A stretch of DNA of 64,000 bases from the human T2T-CHM13v2.0 reference genome, Homo sapiens. Positions 1 through 13,624 of this stretch are shown one piece after another. Position 1 is the first letter of the stretch. Every line of letters begins with the position of its first letter. The notes below the pieces were generated by a model. The model was not told the DNA's origin and ran no database searches. It saw only the letters and a program-made list of their open reading frames with translations. A program made the translations under genes and the position numbers. Location of the stretch: NCBI RefSeq assembly GCF_009914755.1, contig NC_060940.1; one strand, written 5' to 3'.

Positions 1-105
1 AAGAAATGCAAATCAAAACCACAATGAGATACCATCTCATGCCAGTCAGAATAAAAGTCAAGAAACAACAGATGCTGGTGAGGCTGCGGAGAAATAAGAA
101 CACTA
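1..105 (+). mobile_element. L1 ORF2 3'-region fragment
   Basis: GAAATGCAAATCAAAACCACAATGAGATACCATCTC L1 signature. Confidence 0.8.
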
Positions 106-165
106 GAAATAGGGAGAGGTGGCTGTTTTTTCACATGCCAAATTTTCAACAAAAGATACAAAGAA

Positions 166-603
166 GGCAGGCATGATAGCACACACCTATAATCCCAGCT
201 TACTTGGGAAGCTGAGGCAGGAGGATTACTTAAATCCAACAGTTCAAGTCCAGTCTGGGCAACATAGCAAAATCCCATTTAAAAAAAACAAGGCAGGGTG
301 CAGTGTCTCAGACCTGTAATCCCAGCAGTTTGGGAGGCCAAGGCAGGTGGATTGCTTGAGCTCAGAAGTTCAAGACCAGCCTGGGCATCATAGTGAGACC
401 CCATCTCTACTAAAAATACAAAAAGAAATAGCTGGGCGTGGTAGTGCATACCTGTGGTCCCAGCTGCTCAGGAGGCTGAGGTGGGAGGATCACCTGAGAC
501 AAGGGAGCAGAGGTTGCAGTGACCCAAGATCATACCACTATACTCTAGCCTGGATAACAGAGCGAGACCCTACACACACCCCCACAAAAAAGAAAAAGAA
601 AAA
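166..603 (+). mobile_element. Alu left monomer (FLAM-like, ~166-290) followed by an AluJ-like element (~292-603)
   Basis: Alu consensus blocks and A tails. Confidence 0.85.
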
Positions 604-1123
604 TATGACCATTCAGGGAACAAAATAAATCTCCAGAAACTATCTTAGAAGAAACACACATATCTGCCCTACTGGACAAAGACTTTAAAGTAATTATCTT
701 AAATATACTCAAAAACTAAAAGAAAGAAAACATGGACAACAAACTAAAGGAAATTAGGAAAACTATATATGAACAAACTGAGAATGTGGTAGAAATTATT
801 TTTTAAACCCAAACAAATTATGTAATTGAAGATATAATGGAATTGAAAAATTCACTAGAGGCTTGAACAGCAGACTCAAACAAGCAGAAGAAAGAATCTG
901 CAAATGGGAAGGCAGATGATTTGAAATTGAGTCTGAAGACAAAAGGAAAAAAGAATGAAGAAAAGTGAACAGAGACTTAAGAGACTTATAGGACACCATC
1001 AAGCGATCAATGTATTCACTATGAGAGTTCCAAAAGGAAAGAGAGAAAGGGGCAAATACAGTAATTAAAGAAATAATGGCCCAAAACTTCACAAATAGGA
1101 GGAAAGACATGGATATACAAATA

Positions 1124-1757
1124 CAGTCATGCTTTGCTTAACAACAAGGATACATTCTGAGCAAAGCATTTGTAGTAGTCAGTTCTCACACCACTATAAA
1201 GAACTACCTGAGACTAGGCAATTTATGAAAAGAGGTTTAATTGACTAACAGTTCCACGGGCTGTACAGGAGGCATGGCTGGGGAGGCCTCATGAAACTTA
1301 CAGTCACAGTAGAAGGGTGAAGGCGAAGCAAGCATGTCTTCACATGACAGCAGGAGAGAGCGAGCGAGCACAGGGAGAAATGCTACACACTTTCAAACAA
1401 CCAGATCCCATGAGAACTCATTCACTATCATGAGAACAGAAAGGGGGAAGTCTGCCCCCATGATTCCCACCAGGCCCCTCTTCCAACACTTGGGGATTAC
1501 AATTTGACATGAGATTTGGTCATGATTCAAATTATATCAGCATTGTTTGACAGTTTTGTTGTTGTGAAACATCATAGAGTATACTTACACAAACCTAGAT
1601 GGTATGGCCTACTACACCTACTACAGTGTGCCTTTACAGTGTAAATGGTTTTTTTACTACATTTACAGTGTAAATGGTTTTTTAAAATACTACACCTGTA
1701 TAGAGCAGCTCCATTATAATCTTCTTATGTGCAGCCCATTGTTGACCACAATGCCTG
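1124..1757 (+). mobile_element. Tigger3-like Tc1/mariner DNA transposon relic
   Basis: TA|CAGTCATGCTTTGCTTAACAACAAGGATACATTCTGAG 5' terminus and ...CTG|TA 3' terminus; L1 sequence resumes on both sides. Confidence 0.75.
1171..1539 (-). mobile_element. MaLR solo LTR (MSTA-like)
   Basis: TGTAGTAGTC...ATTATATCA termini with 5-bp TSD GCATT (1166-1170 / 1540-1544). Confidence 0.85.
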
Positions 1758-2168
1758 TACAAGAAATTCAATAAACTCCAAAGACACCCGCAGGAACGCA
1801 CATTATAATCAACTGTCTAGAGTCAAATAAGACAGAATCTTAAAAGCAGCAAGAGAAAAGTGACTGGTCACCTACAAGGAATCCTCAATAAGACTATCAG
1901 TGGATTTCTCAGTAGAAGCCTTGAAGACCAGAAGGCAGTGGGATGATATATTTAAAATGGTGAAAGAAGAAAACAGTCACCTGAAAATTGTATATCCAGC
2001 AAAATTGTTTTCAAAAATAAAGGAGAAATTAAAACATTCCCAGACAAACAAAAGCAGAGGTAGTTTATTACCACTAGAATTGCTCTACAAGAAATGCTAA
2101 AAAGAATCCTTCAATCTGAAGTGAAAGGATGCCAGATAGTAACTCAAAGCCATATGAAAATATAAAAT

Positions 2169-2566
<398 letters not shown>

Positions 2567-2763
2567 TTACAAATCTATGTTAATGGCCACACAGTATATA
2601 ACAACGTAGTTTGTGAATGATGTCAGTAACATAGAGGGGGTGAAGCTGTAAAGAAGTAGCATTTTTTTATGTGACTGAAGTTGTTATCAATGTAAGATAG
2701 AATGTCGTAATTCTAAGATGTTATTTGTAATTCCTATGGAAACAAACAAAAAATCCGTAGAAT

Positions 2764-3315
2764 CTGTGAACAGGCATATGCAAACCTACCCCCAAAAGCT
2801 GAGGAAGCTCAGAGGCCAAAGAAAGAGGCTGACAAACCCAGTTTCTCAGAGAGAAATATTTTATAGGAACTTAAAAACAGAAGCAATGTCTTGGGTGGCT
2901 GTCCACACCTGCCATCCAGAAAGCATTCATTCATTCATTCATTCATTCATTCATTCATTCATGCCCGGCTAATTTTGTAGAGACAGGGTTTCGCCATATT
3001 GACCAAGCTGGTCTCGAACTCCTGAGCTTAGAGAGTCTGCCCACCTCAGCCTCCCAGAGATATTCTTTATATAGCAAGCTTTTAGGATAAAACATGTGCA
3101 GCTGGTCACATCTTCAGACTTTCTTGTCAGGACGTGACCACTGGGGAAGTTTGATAGCATCTTTATGAGGGGTTATCTATGCCATAGGCATTGTGTAAAG
3201 ACCTTACTGCAGAACACCTTGCTGTGGAGGGGCCAACCACCAGTCATCATGGTAGTTTTGTTTCAAGATGGCATCAGACACTCTTGGCCATGCGACAGGC
3301 TATTTTTCAACAATG
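2764..3315. mobile_element. LTR-like element (subfamily not assigned), interrupted by (TTCA)n at ~2925-2960 and an antisense Alu fragment at ~2960-3057
   Basis: TG...CA-like ends, composition distinct from the flanking L1. Confidence 0.5.
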
Positions 3316-3847
3316 CAAAAGGAGAGGAGAATGGAATCAAAACAAGGCACTACAAAGCATCAAACACAGACATCCTGTGTTCATGGAAGACTTAATATTG
3401 TTAATATGTCAGTGCTACCCCAAACAATCTACAGATTCAGTACAGTTCATATCAAAATCCTAATGTTGATTTTTGCAGAAATAGAAAAATCTTATGGAAT
3501 CCTGAAAAACCAAAACAGTCTTGAATTTTAAAAAAGTTAGAGGTCTCATGCTTCCTAATTTCGAAACTTACTACAAAGACACAGTAATTAAAACAGTGGT
3601 ATTGGCATAAGATAAATAGAACAGTGAGCCCAGAAATAAGCCCTTAGATATGGGATCAAATGATCTTCAACAAAGGTGCCAAGACCATCCAGTGGGGAAA
3701 GGATAGTCTCGTCAACAAATGGTACTGGGAAAACTGGATATCCACATGCAAAAAAGAATGAAGTTGGACCTTTACCTAACATCGTAGGCAAAAATTGACT
3801 CCATAGACAAAGATCTAAATATAATAACTAAAACTATAAAACTCTTA

Positions 3848-4270
<423 letters not shown>

Positions 4271-4360
4271 AACTTCAGTGCATCAAAGGACATCAACAGA
4301 GTAAAAAAGCAATCCAAAAAATGGAAGAAAATATTTGCAAATCATATATCTTATAAGGAT

Positions 4361-5188
<828 letters not shown>

Positions 5189-5560
5189 TGAATGTGGTTT
5201 TTGTTGCAGTCTATCTTAAAAAAAAAAAAAAAACAGGCAAAGGACTTGAATAGACATCCTTCTTAAGAGGATATGCAATTGGCCAATAAGCATCTAACAA
5301 GATACTGGATATCACTAATCATTAAGGAAATGCTAATCAAAACCACAAGATACCACCTCATGCCCATTACAATGGCTACTATCAAAAGAACAAAAAATAA
5401 GTTTGGAAGAATGTGGATAAATTGGAACTCTTGTATACTGTTGGTGGGAAAGTGAAATGGTATAGCCACTGTGGACAATGTTCAGTCCTCAAAAAATTAA
5501 ACTAGAATTGCCAAATGAACCAGCAATTCCACTTCTGGGTATATGCCCAAAAGAAAACAG

Positions 5561-5855
5561 GGCTGGGCGCAGTGGCTTACACTTGTGATCCCAGCACTTT
5601 GGGAGGCCAAGTTGGGCGGATCACAAGGTTAGGAGATCGAGACCATCCTGGCCAACATGGTGAAACCCTGTCTCTACTAAAAATAGAAAAATTAGCTGGG
5701 CGTGGTGGTACGTGCCTGTAATCCCAGCTACTCAGGAGGCTGAGGCAGGAGAATTGCTTAGAACCCAGGAGGTGGAGGTTGCAGTGAGCCAAGATTGCGC
5801 CACTGCACTCCAGCCTGGGCAACAGAGCTAGACTCCGTCCCAAAAAAAAAAAAAT
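5561..5855 (+). mobile_element. AluSc-like
   Basis: GATCGAGACCATCCTGGCCAACATGG diagnostic. Confidence 0.88.
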
Positions 5856-7300
5856 AGAAAACAGAAGTTAGATCAGATATTTGTATATCCCTGTTCATAG
5901 CAGCATTATTCACAATAGCCAAAATGTGAAAGCAACCCAAACGTCCACTGCCAGATGAATGGATAAACAAAATGTGCTATATTTATACGTTGGAATAGTA
6001 TTCAGCCTTTAAAAAGGAAGCAAATTCTGCATTCCGTCATTGATGAAACTCTAGCTCATGTTCAATGAAATCAGCCAGTCACAAAAAGACAAATACTGTG
6101 TGATTCCACTTATATAAGATTCTTAGAGTAGTAAAAATCATAGAGGCAGAAAAGAAAATGATGATTGCCTGGGGGTGAGGGGAATGTGGAACCAGGGGGA
6201 CATTGTTTAATGTGTATGGTGTATTGTTTGGGAACATGAACAAGTCTGGAGGTTCCGGTAGTGATGGTTGCAGAACAATATAAATGTAATTAATGCCATA
6301 TACTTAAAAATGGTTAAATAGTAAATTTTGTGTTATATACATTTTAGTATAATTTTTTAAATGCACTTTTAAAGCAGGGATACGTGCAGATCCTCACTAC
6401 CAGTCAGGTCATCAAGTACCCACTGAACGTCCACTAGATTCTGTGCAAGGAAATTCACTTTTAATATTCACTTACTTATTCTAAAAGTGAAATGCTTAAA
6501 CTTATAGGAACAAATAGTCAGTGCTAGGTGATACATTTTAACAAAGCTAGAGTTTTACGTAAAATATTCATCTATTAAATATGCAATGCGTGATTTTTGT
6601 TTTATTCAACTCATTCATTTTTCATTTTATTTGGGGATTAGAATATGAAAACAATATTTAAAGAGTAATTGCATTTTGCCATCTTAGTTAAGAACTCTGC
6701 TGCATCCTAAATTAAAAACATTATTGACTTAAAATCTATAATACAAAAAAGCTTTGTTTTTAAATACCTAGTTTCTGTCCCTCAAGACCACATAAAGAAA
6801 TTCTAATAAAGAGGAACAGTCCGGAAGCAATGACTGGCCCTTGTCCTGTGTACCATATTCTGCAGCAGGAACAGTGCAGACATCTGAAACAGGATAGAGC
6901 TTTAATCAGCTGAGAGGTTTGCTCTGACTTCTGTTTTTTTTATATTGTAGCAAAGCTTTCCTGTAGCCATTTCTAGTAGGAGAAAAGTCAGTCTTTATGA
7001 TCAACAGTGCCTTTTTAGTTTTTTTTTTGAATGCATAAATATCCATTAAAAACCATCTTTCTGACATTTTCTTGTATGGGTTTCTGATGAAAATTAAAGA
7101 TCTGGCCCTCGTGAGACCTGTAACCTGTAATGGAAACAGTGGTCAGATCCAATAAGACAAAGCAAAGTTTGCAGCTTTTTTTGTTTCTTTGGGGAAACAA
7201 TTCAATCATTTTGAAATTAAATTTTTGTAGAACATAGGTTGAACTTAGGTCTCGGCAGCAATTTAAACCTATTTATATTTTAAATAATAAAAGTATTCTT

Positions 7301-8589
7301 TTGGATTCCCTATTTAATAAATGGTGCTGGGAAAACTGGCTAGCCATATGTAGAAAGCTGAAACTGGATCCCTTCCTTACACCTTATACAAAAATTAATT
7401 CAAGATGGATTAAAGACTTACATGTTAGACCTAAAACCATAAAAACCCTAGAAGAAAACCTAGGCATTACCATTCAGAACATAGGCATGGGCGAGGACTT
7501 CATGTCTAAAACACCAAAAGCAATGGCAACAAAAGCCAAAATTGAGAAATGGGATCTACTTAAACTAAAGAGCTTCTGCACAGCAAAAGAAACTACCATC
7601 AGAGTGAACAGGCAACCTACAAAATGGGAGAAAATTTTCGCAACCTACTCATCTGACAAAGGGCTAATACCCAGAATCTGCAATGAACTCAAACAAATTT
7701 ACAAGAAAAAAACAAACAACCCCATCAAAAAGTGGGCAAAGGACATGAACAGACACTTCTCAAAAGAAGACATTTATGCAGCCAAAAAACACATGAAAAA
7801 ATGCTCACCATCACTGGCCATCAGAGAAATGCAAATCAAAACCACAATGAGATACCATCTCACACCAGTTAGAATGGCAATTATTAAAAAGTCAGGAAAC
7901 AACAGGTACTGGAGAGGATGTGGAGAAATAGGAACACTTTTACACTGTTGGTGGGACTGTAAACTAGTTCAACCCTTGTGGAAGTCAGTGTGGTGATTCC
8001 TCAGGGATCTAGAACTAGAAATACCATTTGACCCGGCCATCCCATTACCGGGTATATACCCAAAGGACTATAAATCATGCTGCTATAAAGACACATGCAC
8101 ACGTATGTTTATTGAGGCACTATTCACAATAGCAAAGACTTGGAACCAACCCAAATGTCCAACAATGATAGACTGGATTAAGAAAATGTGGCACATATAC
8201 ACCATGGAATACTATGCAGCCATAAAAAATGATGAGTTCATGTCCTTTGTAGGGACATGGATGAAATTGGAAATCATCATTCTCAGTAAACTATCACAAG
8301 AACAAAAAACCAAACACCACGTATTCTCACTCATAGGTGGGAATTGAACAATGAGAACACATGGACACAGGAAGGGGAACATCACACTCTGGGGACTGTT
8401 GTGGGGTAAGGGGAGGGGGGAGGGATAGCATTAGGAGATACACCTAATGCTAAATGACGAGTTAATGGGTGCAGCACACCAACATGGCACATGTATACAT
8501 ATGTAACTAACCTGCACATTGTGCACATGTACCCTAAAACTTAAAGTATAATAATAATAAAATAAAAAATAAAAATAAATTAAAAAAAG
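7301..8589 (+). mobile_element. 5'-truncated young primate L1 (L1PA3-like): ORF2 C-terminus, 3' UTR and poly(A)
   Basis: ORFs 7301-7996 and 8105-8347 are in the same frame and are near-consensus ORF2p C-terminus, broken by one CGA>TGA stop; G-rich tract; GAG rather than ACA at the Ta diagnostic site. Confidence 0.95.
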
Positions 8590-8657
8590 ATTCTGACATA
8601 TTGCTGAATTTACTGTGGAACAAAATAAGTTTAAGTATCTCTTATGGCCTGAATACT

Positions 8658-8954
8658 TTAACTTTTATTTTAGGTTCACAGGTACTTGTGCAGGTGTGTT
8701 ATATTCGTAAATTGTGTGTCACAGGGATTTGATGTAGATTCTTTTGTCACCCAGGTACTAAGCCCAATACTCAATAGTTATTTTTTCTGCTCCTCTCCCT
8801 CTTTCCATCCTCTACCCTCAAGTAGGCCCCAGTGTGTGTTGTTCCCCTCTATGTGTCCATGTGTTCTCATCATTTAGCTCCCGCTTGTGAGAACATGCAG
8901 TATTTGGTTTTCTGTTCCTGCATTCGTTCGCTACTGTAATGGCCCCCAGCTCCA
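8658..8954 (-). mobile_element. Short antisense L1 3'-end insertion (older L1PA/PB type)
   Basis: Reverse L1 3' UTR flanked by TSD-like GGCCTGAATACT (8646-8657) / GGCCTGGATACT (8955-8966). Confidence 0.8.
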
Positions 8955-10774
8955 GGCCTGGATACTCTTTTAATCCTTTTTGGAATACATCACTTCAAAA
9001 TTACTCACACTTAGATTCTTCTGCTAACTTTAGCCACTAGGAGCCTGACCCCTTGATACGGTCTAAGTGGGGTTTGGTACGGGAACGGAGGGGCTTTTGT
9101 TGTGTTTTGGTCCTTTCTAAAGCACATTAAAATGGCTGGCAAAATTAGAAGTTTTGATATATTTATCTTCAGATTAGGTAGAGTCAACAATCACTGTATT
9201 TCAGTTGGGTTATTCTTGTGTTATGCTGGAGTCTGGTTTTCTGAGTAGCAAAGTCACACTGAAATACCAAAAGAGCTAATAAGATAGGCACAGTCTAGAA
9301 ATTTAGGCAAGACATCATAAATATTACATTTGATACTACATCCATGCTCCTGGGTTATTTTTCATGTGATTAACACTTACTGCTCTCAGATTCATCACAC
9401 TATCTTCAGTCACTGGGGGCTGGACTGGTAAAATAGCTTGCCAGGTAAGGATTTATATGCAAAGAAATCTATATAGAGATCAGAATTCAAACATTTTAGT
9501 CTCTTTCACATACCAGTTACATAATAGCCAAGGAATGTTTTCCCCTCTGTGAACACTGACCCAGAGATAAGTATCCCCATTTCAAAAAAATATGCAAGAT
9601 GAAAGGAAAACCAACCACGTAAAGTCATATTCAGTAAAGAAGTGATCAGCTAACATCTTCCACTTTATGTATGAGGCTTGGTTGGTCGGAGATTCACTGA
9701 GGAGCCAGATGTCTCAGGGCTCTTTGCGGGCAGAAGTCTGCTGGAACACAGGTGTCCATTCTCTTAGATGAGCCCTTTCCCTTCATGTCTGTTTAAAAAT
9801 GAAATTGAATGCAGCCATCTTTCAAAGTAAGGTCCTTCATATTGTCAACACTCACAGTTACTAATAACTGAAAAGCTGAAATCAGCAGCTGAAACCTCAG
9901 GGAGCGAGAGAGCTGACAAGGGCATGCACGATTAATTGCACACTCGCACACCCACGGTCTCAGCGGGGCTTGAGAACGTGACCCAGTGTGAGTAAAGCCA
10001 GAAGAAATGCCCATTCATCAATTAAACAAATATTTGTTTGAGTTAACTAGTATGTGCCAAGCTTCATATTTCATGCTGCTAATAGCCCTCCAAGTTTTCA
10101 GGTCATTTATTTTAAGGAGGAAAAATACAGTTTGCTATTTTAAAATGCAAATACTTTAACAAGATTTTGATTGTTGGTGTAGTGAATTTAAGAGTTGTTC
10201 AGGGAAGTGGAAGTGTTAAAGGAGGACATTTTTCCTTAAGATAAGGGTGGTGTAAGTAAGTCCAAGTAGTAATCAATATGCAAATTTTGACTAGTTTATT
10301 ACAATAGTAATTGTTCTTTACAATAAAATACTTAAAATCTATGTAAAGTAGATTGCTAGTGAGAATTGATAAAACCTAGTAACGCCTTCTGTAGCTTCCT
10401 TTGTTAATAATATGTGACTCCAAACTGAGATTCAGCAATTGTTAATTTTGGCCTGGGTAACAAAGTAGCTTCTTGTTTTAACTATGGAGAGATAATGTTG
10501 TCGGTAAAACAGATCAGTCTTACCAAAATATATTCTTCAAATCTTCTGTTGCAAGAAATGGGGGAATATGGTTAATGAGAGTTCTAGTCAGATTTGGAGA
10601 GAGGAACAGAGGGTGTAAAGCACATTTATGGACACATGGGTGGCATGGGCATTCGGGAAGGATGCTGCCGGAGGGTAGGTCGAGTGTGATGCAGGGAAGC
10701 CTGAAGGTCGTGTTTGGATCAGCCAGGGTCAGCATGACCTGTATAGCAAAGGGACTTTATGAATACCATGTATT

Positions 10775-11073
<299 letters not shown>

Positions 11074-11414
11074 GAATGCCATGTATTGTTTTGATCATAT
11101 ATACAAGTGTCTTGGACTTTTCTTTCCCTGCCAATAAAGAGTGGGTTCTGACTGTCTTTTTGAGAAAATACTCCAGTATCGTCAGTCTACCTTACTTGGC
11201 TTTAGTTATTCACTGCTCTTAAAGACTAAATGATTGGCTCCACTGAGGCGTAAAGCATGTTATTCCACCATCTGGCCTCAGACATAATCATATATTTTTC
11301 CTTTGCTTCTTTTCTAGTGGGCTTAAAAACCAGGTCATTCCCTTGTAATTCTAATTTTTCTGTTTTTATGATCATTAATTTCACAGACTTGTTCCTTTTT
11401 GCCTTTTCCACCAG

Positions 11415-11552
11415 TTTGCTTCAGTGTCCCCAACAGTTCCTGAATTCTTGAAAACTCCTCCAACTGCAGATCAGCCTCCCCCACGGCCTGCAGCTCCTGT
11501 CCTCCCCACAAACACTGTGTCCTCAGCAAAGCCTGGCCCAGCACTGGTGAAG
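11415..11552 (+). CDS. MRTFB: MRTFB internal coding exon (FASVSPTVPEFLKTPPTADQPPPRPAAPVLPTNTVSSAKPGPALVK), phase 0-0
   Basis: Polypyrimidine tract ...ccttttccaccag| acceptor and AAG|gtgggt donor; 138 nt open; joins in frame to the next exon. Confidence 0.93.
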
Positions 11553-11780
11553 GTGGGTACTTTGGATACACCCTGGGTTTGGTGGCTTTATTTGTGACTC
11601 TGTCTATAACCCTGTGAATGGAAGACAAAGGCATTTATCCAACTTGCTCAGCCTGCCTTTTAGCCCAAAGTCTTAAAAACTAAGCCATGCAAAGACTTGC
11701 TAGACTGGGGTCTTCATGTTTGAAATTGTGCTATAGTCATAGAAAAATGGCACAAATTTTGGTCTACTTAAAACACTAGG

Positions 11781-12085
11781 GGCTGGATGCAGTGGCTTAC
11801 CTCTGTAATCCCAGTGCTTTGGAAGGCTGAGGCAGGAGGACGACTTGAGGCCAGGAGTTTAAGAACAGCCTGGGCAACATAGCAAGACACTGTCTCTACA
11901 AAAAATTCAAAAAGTTAGCCAGAGGTGGTGGTGCATGCCTATAGTCTCAGCTACTCAGGAGGCTGAGGCAAGAGGATCACTTGAGCCCTGGAGTTTGAGG
12001 CTGCAGTGAGCTGTGATCACACCATTGCACTCTAGCTTGGGTGACAGAGCAAGACCCTGTCTCTTTAAAAAAAAACAAAACCAAC
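11781..12085 (+). mobile_element. AluJ-like
   Basis: Full dimer. Confidence 0.88.
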
Positions 12086-13167
12086 TACTGGGGCTACGCA
12101 GAAAGCCCTGGTTCTGCCACCCAGGCCACTAAGATGAAACAAGAGAAAAACAGATTTAAACTTTTTAGAATTGTGTTTAGAACTTCTAGATATGGTGGGT
12201 GAGGAGAATAAAGTGAGGAATAGTTTAGGTGAATATAGATCTCAAACTTTTAAAACTAAAAAAGGATATTACAGTTAGCTAACTTCTCACCACCCTTCAG
12301 ATGGGGAGACTGAGGCCCAAAGAAGAAATGACAAAGCCAGGAAGGGTCCCAACCTCCCGAATCCAAGTCTAGCTCTCTCCTGCCTCCCCAACCTGTTGCA
12401 GAACTCTTCTGAGGCAAGGGAGCATCTTTCAGATGAACACAATGCATATTCCTCACGGCCCTAAGTCGCCGGGACTGTCCCTGTCCTTGACCTTTCTGGA
12501 GAGAAGGCCCTTGTCAGCGTGGCCGAGTATTGGTGGCTTCAGGACATACATCAGTGTGTTTCCCCATCTTCTGTTGCTTAGCATTGGAGTCGGAAATTCC
12601 AGAGGGTTGCAAGTGGCAACCATCCCCATGAAATCAGTTTTATACCTCCTCTCCCAACATCCCCACGCATGCAACCCCGACGGCACAGAGGGTCTGCGTG
12701 CACAGCCCTCCTTCCCTGCCGATCCTCAAACGGGTTCTCTGCCTCTCCCTCTCTCTGAATGTCTGCTCTTCACTGATGTCTTTAAGGAAGGCTTTGGTTC
12801 TAGAGGAAGAAGCATTGTTTAAGAATGTGAAATTCAGGGGTTGGTTAGATAATTCTAGGACTATGCCAAGAGAGGAGGGGACAGGAACACATTAGGAAAC
12901 AGACCAGAATTCTTCCAGTGTTTCTATAAGGAAAGCTGTTTCCCATCCTTCACTTGTGGGGGCTGATAGGTAGTAGCAGATTCCATCTGAGGAACACTAG
13001 TTATTATGTTTCTGTGCCCCTCCTCTACAGGTGCCTTCCTGACAGTGGCTGGGACAATTATTTTATCACTCTACAACGATTATACTCGAACCGCATTTTG
13101 AGTGTAAATTATCCTAGACCCCGTTCATTCTTATGATCAGTTTTAAAAGACTAAAAATAAAATGTAT

Positions 13168-13475
13168 AGCCAGGTGCAGTGGCTCACGCCTGTAATCCCT
13201 GCACTTTGGGAGGCCAAGGCAGGCAGATTGCTTGAGCTCAGGAGTTTGAGCCAGCCTGGGCAACATGGCAAAACCCCATCTCTATAAAGTGTACAAAAAA
13301 ATTAGTTGGGCATGGTGGCACACACCTATGCTCCCAGCTACTCGGAGGCTGAGGTGGGAGGATCACTTGAGCCCAGGAGGTTAAGGCTGCAGTGAGCTGA
13401 GATCATGTGCCTGCACTCCAGCCTACTCCAGCCTGGGTGACAGAGTGAGACCCTGCCTCAAAAGCAAATAAATAA
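13168..13475 (+). mobile_element. AluJb-like
   Basis: Full dimer with a small internal duplication (ACTCCAGCCT x2). Confidence 0.88.
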
Positions 13476-13624
13476 AATGAATTATTGATAACGAAATAAG
13501 AAGGTAAATAGCTAATTGATTAATATTGTGGGATTGAAGGAATAAGTGGGGGAAAGTGTTTTCTGACATCGAGGTATATACCTTAAGTGCCTGATAATTA
13601 AAGTGATTTCCAATTAGCATGCAC

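Noticed and set aside
7301-7996. 231-aa ORF as a host gene
   Set aside because: It is the C-terminal part of L1 ORF2p in a 5'-truncated element with no promoter, EN or RT domain
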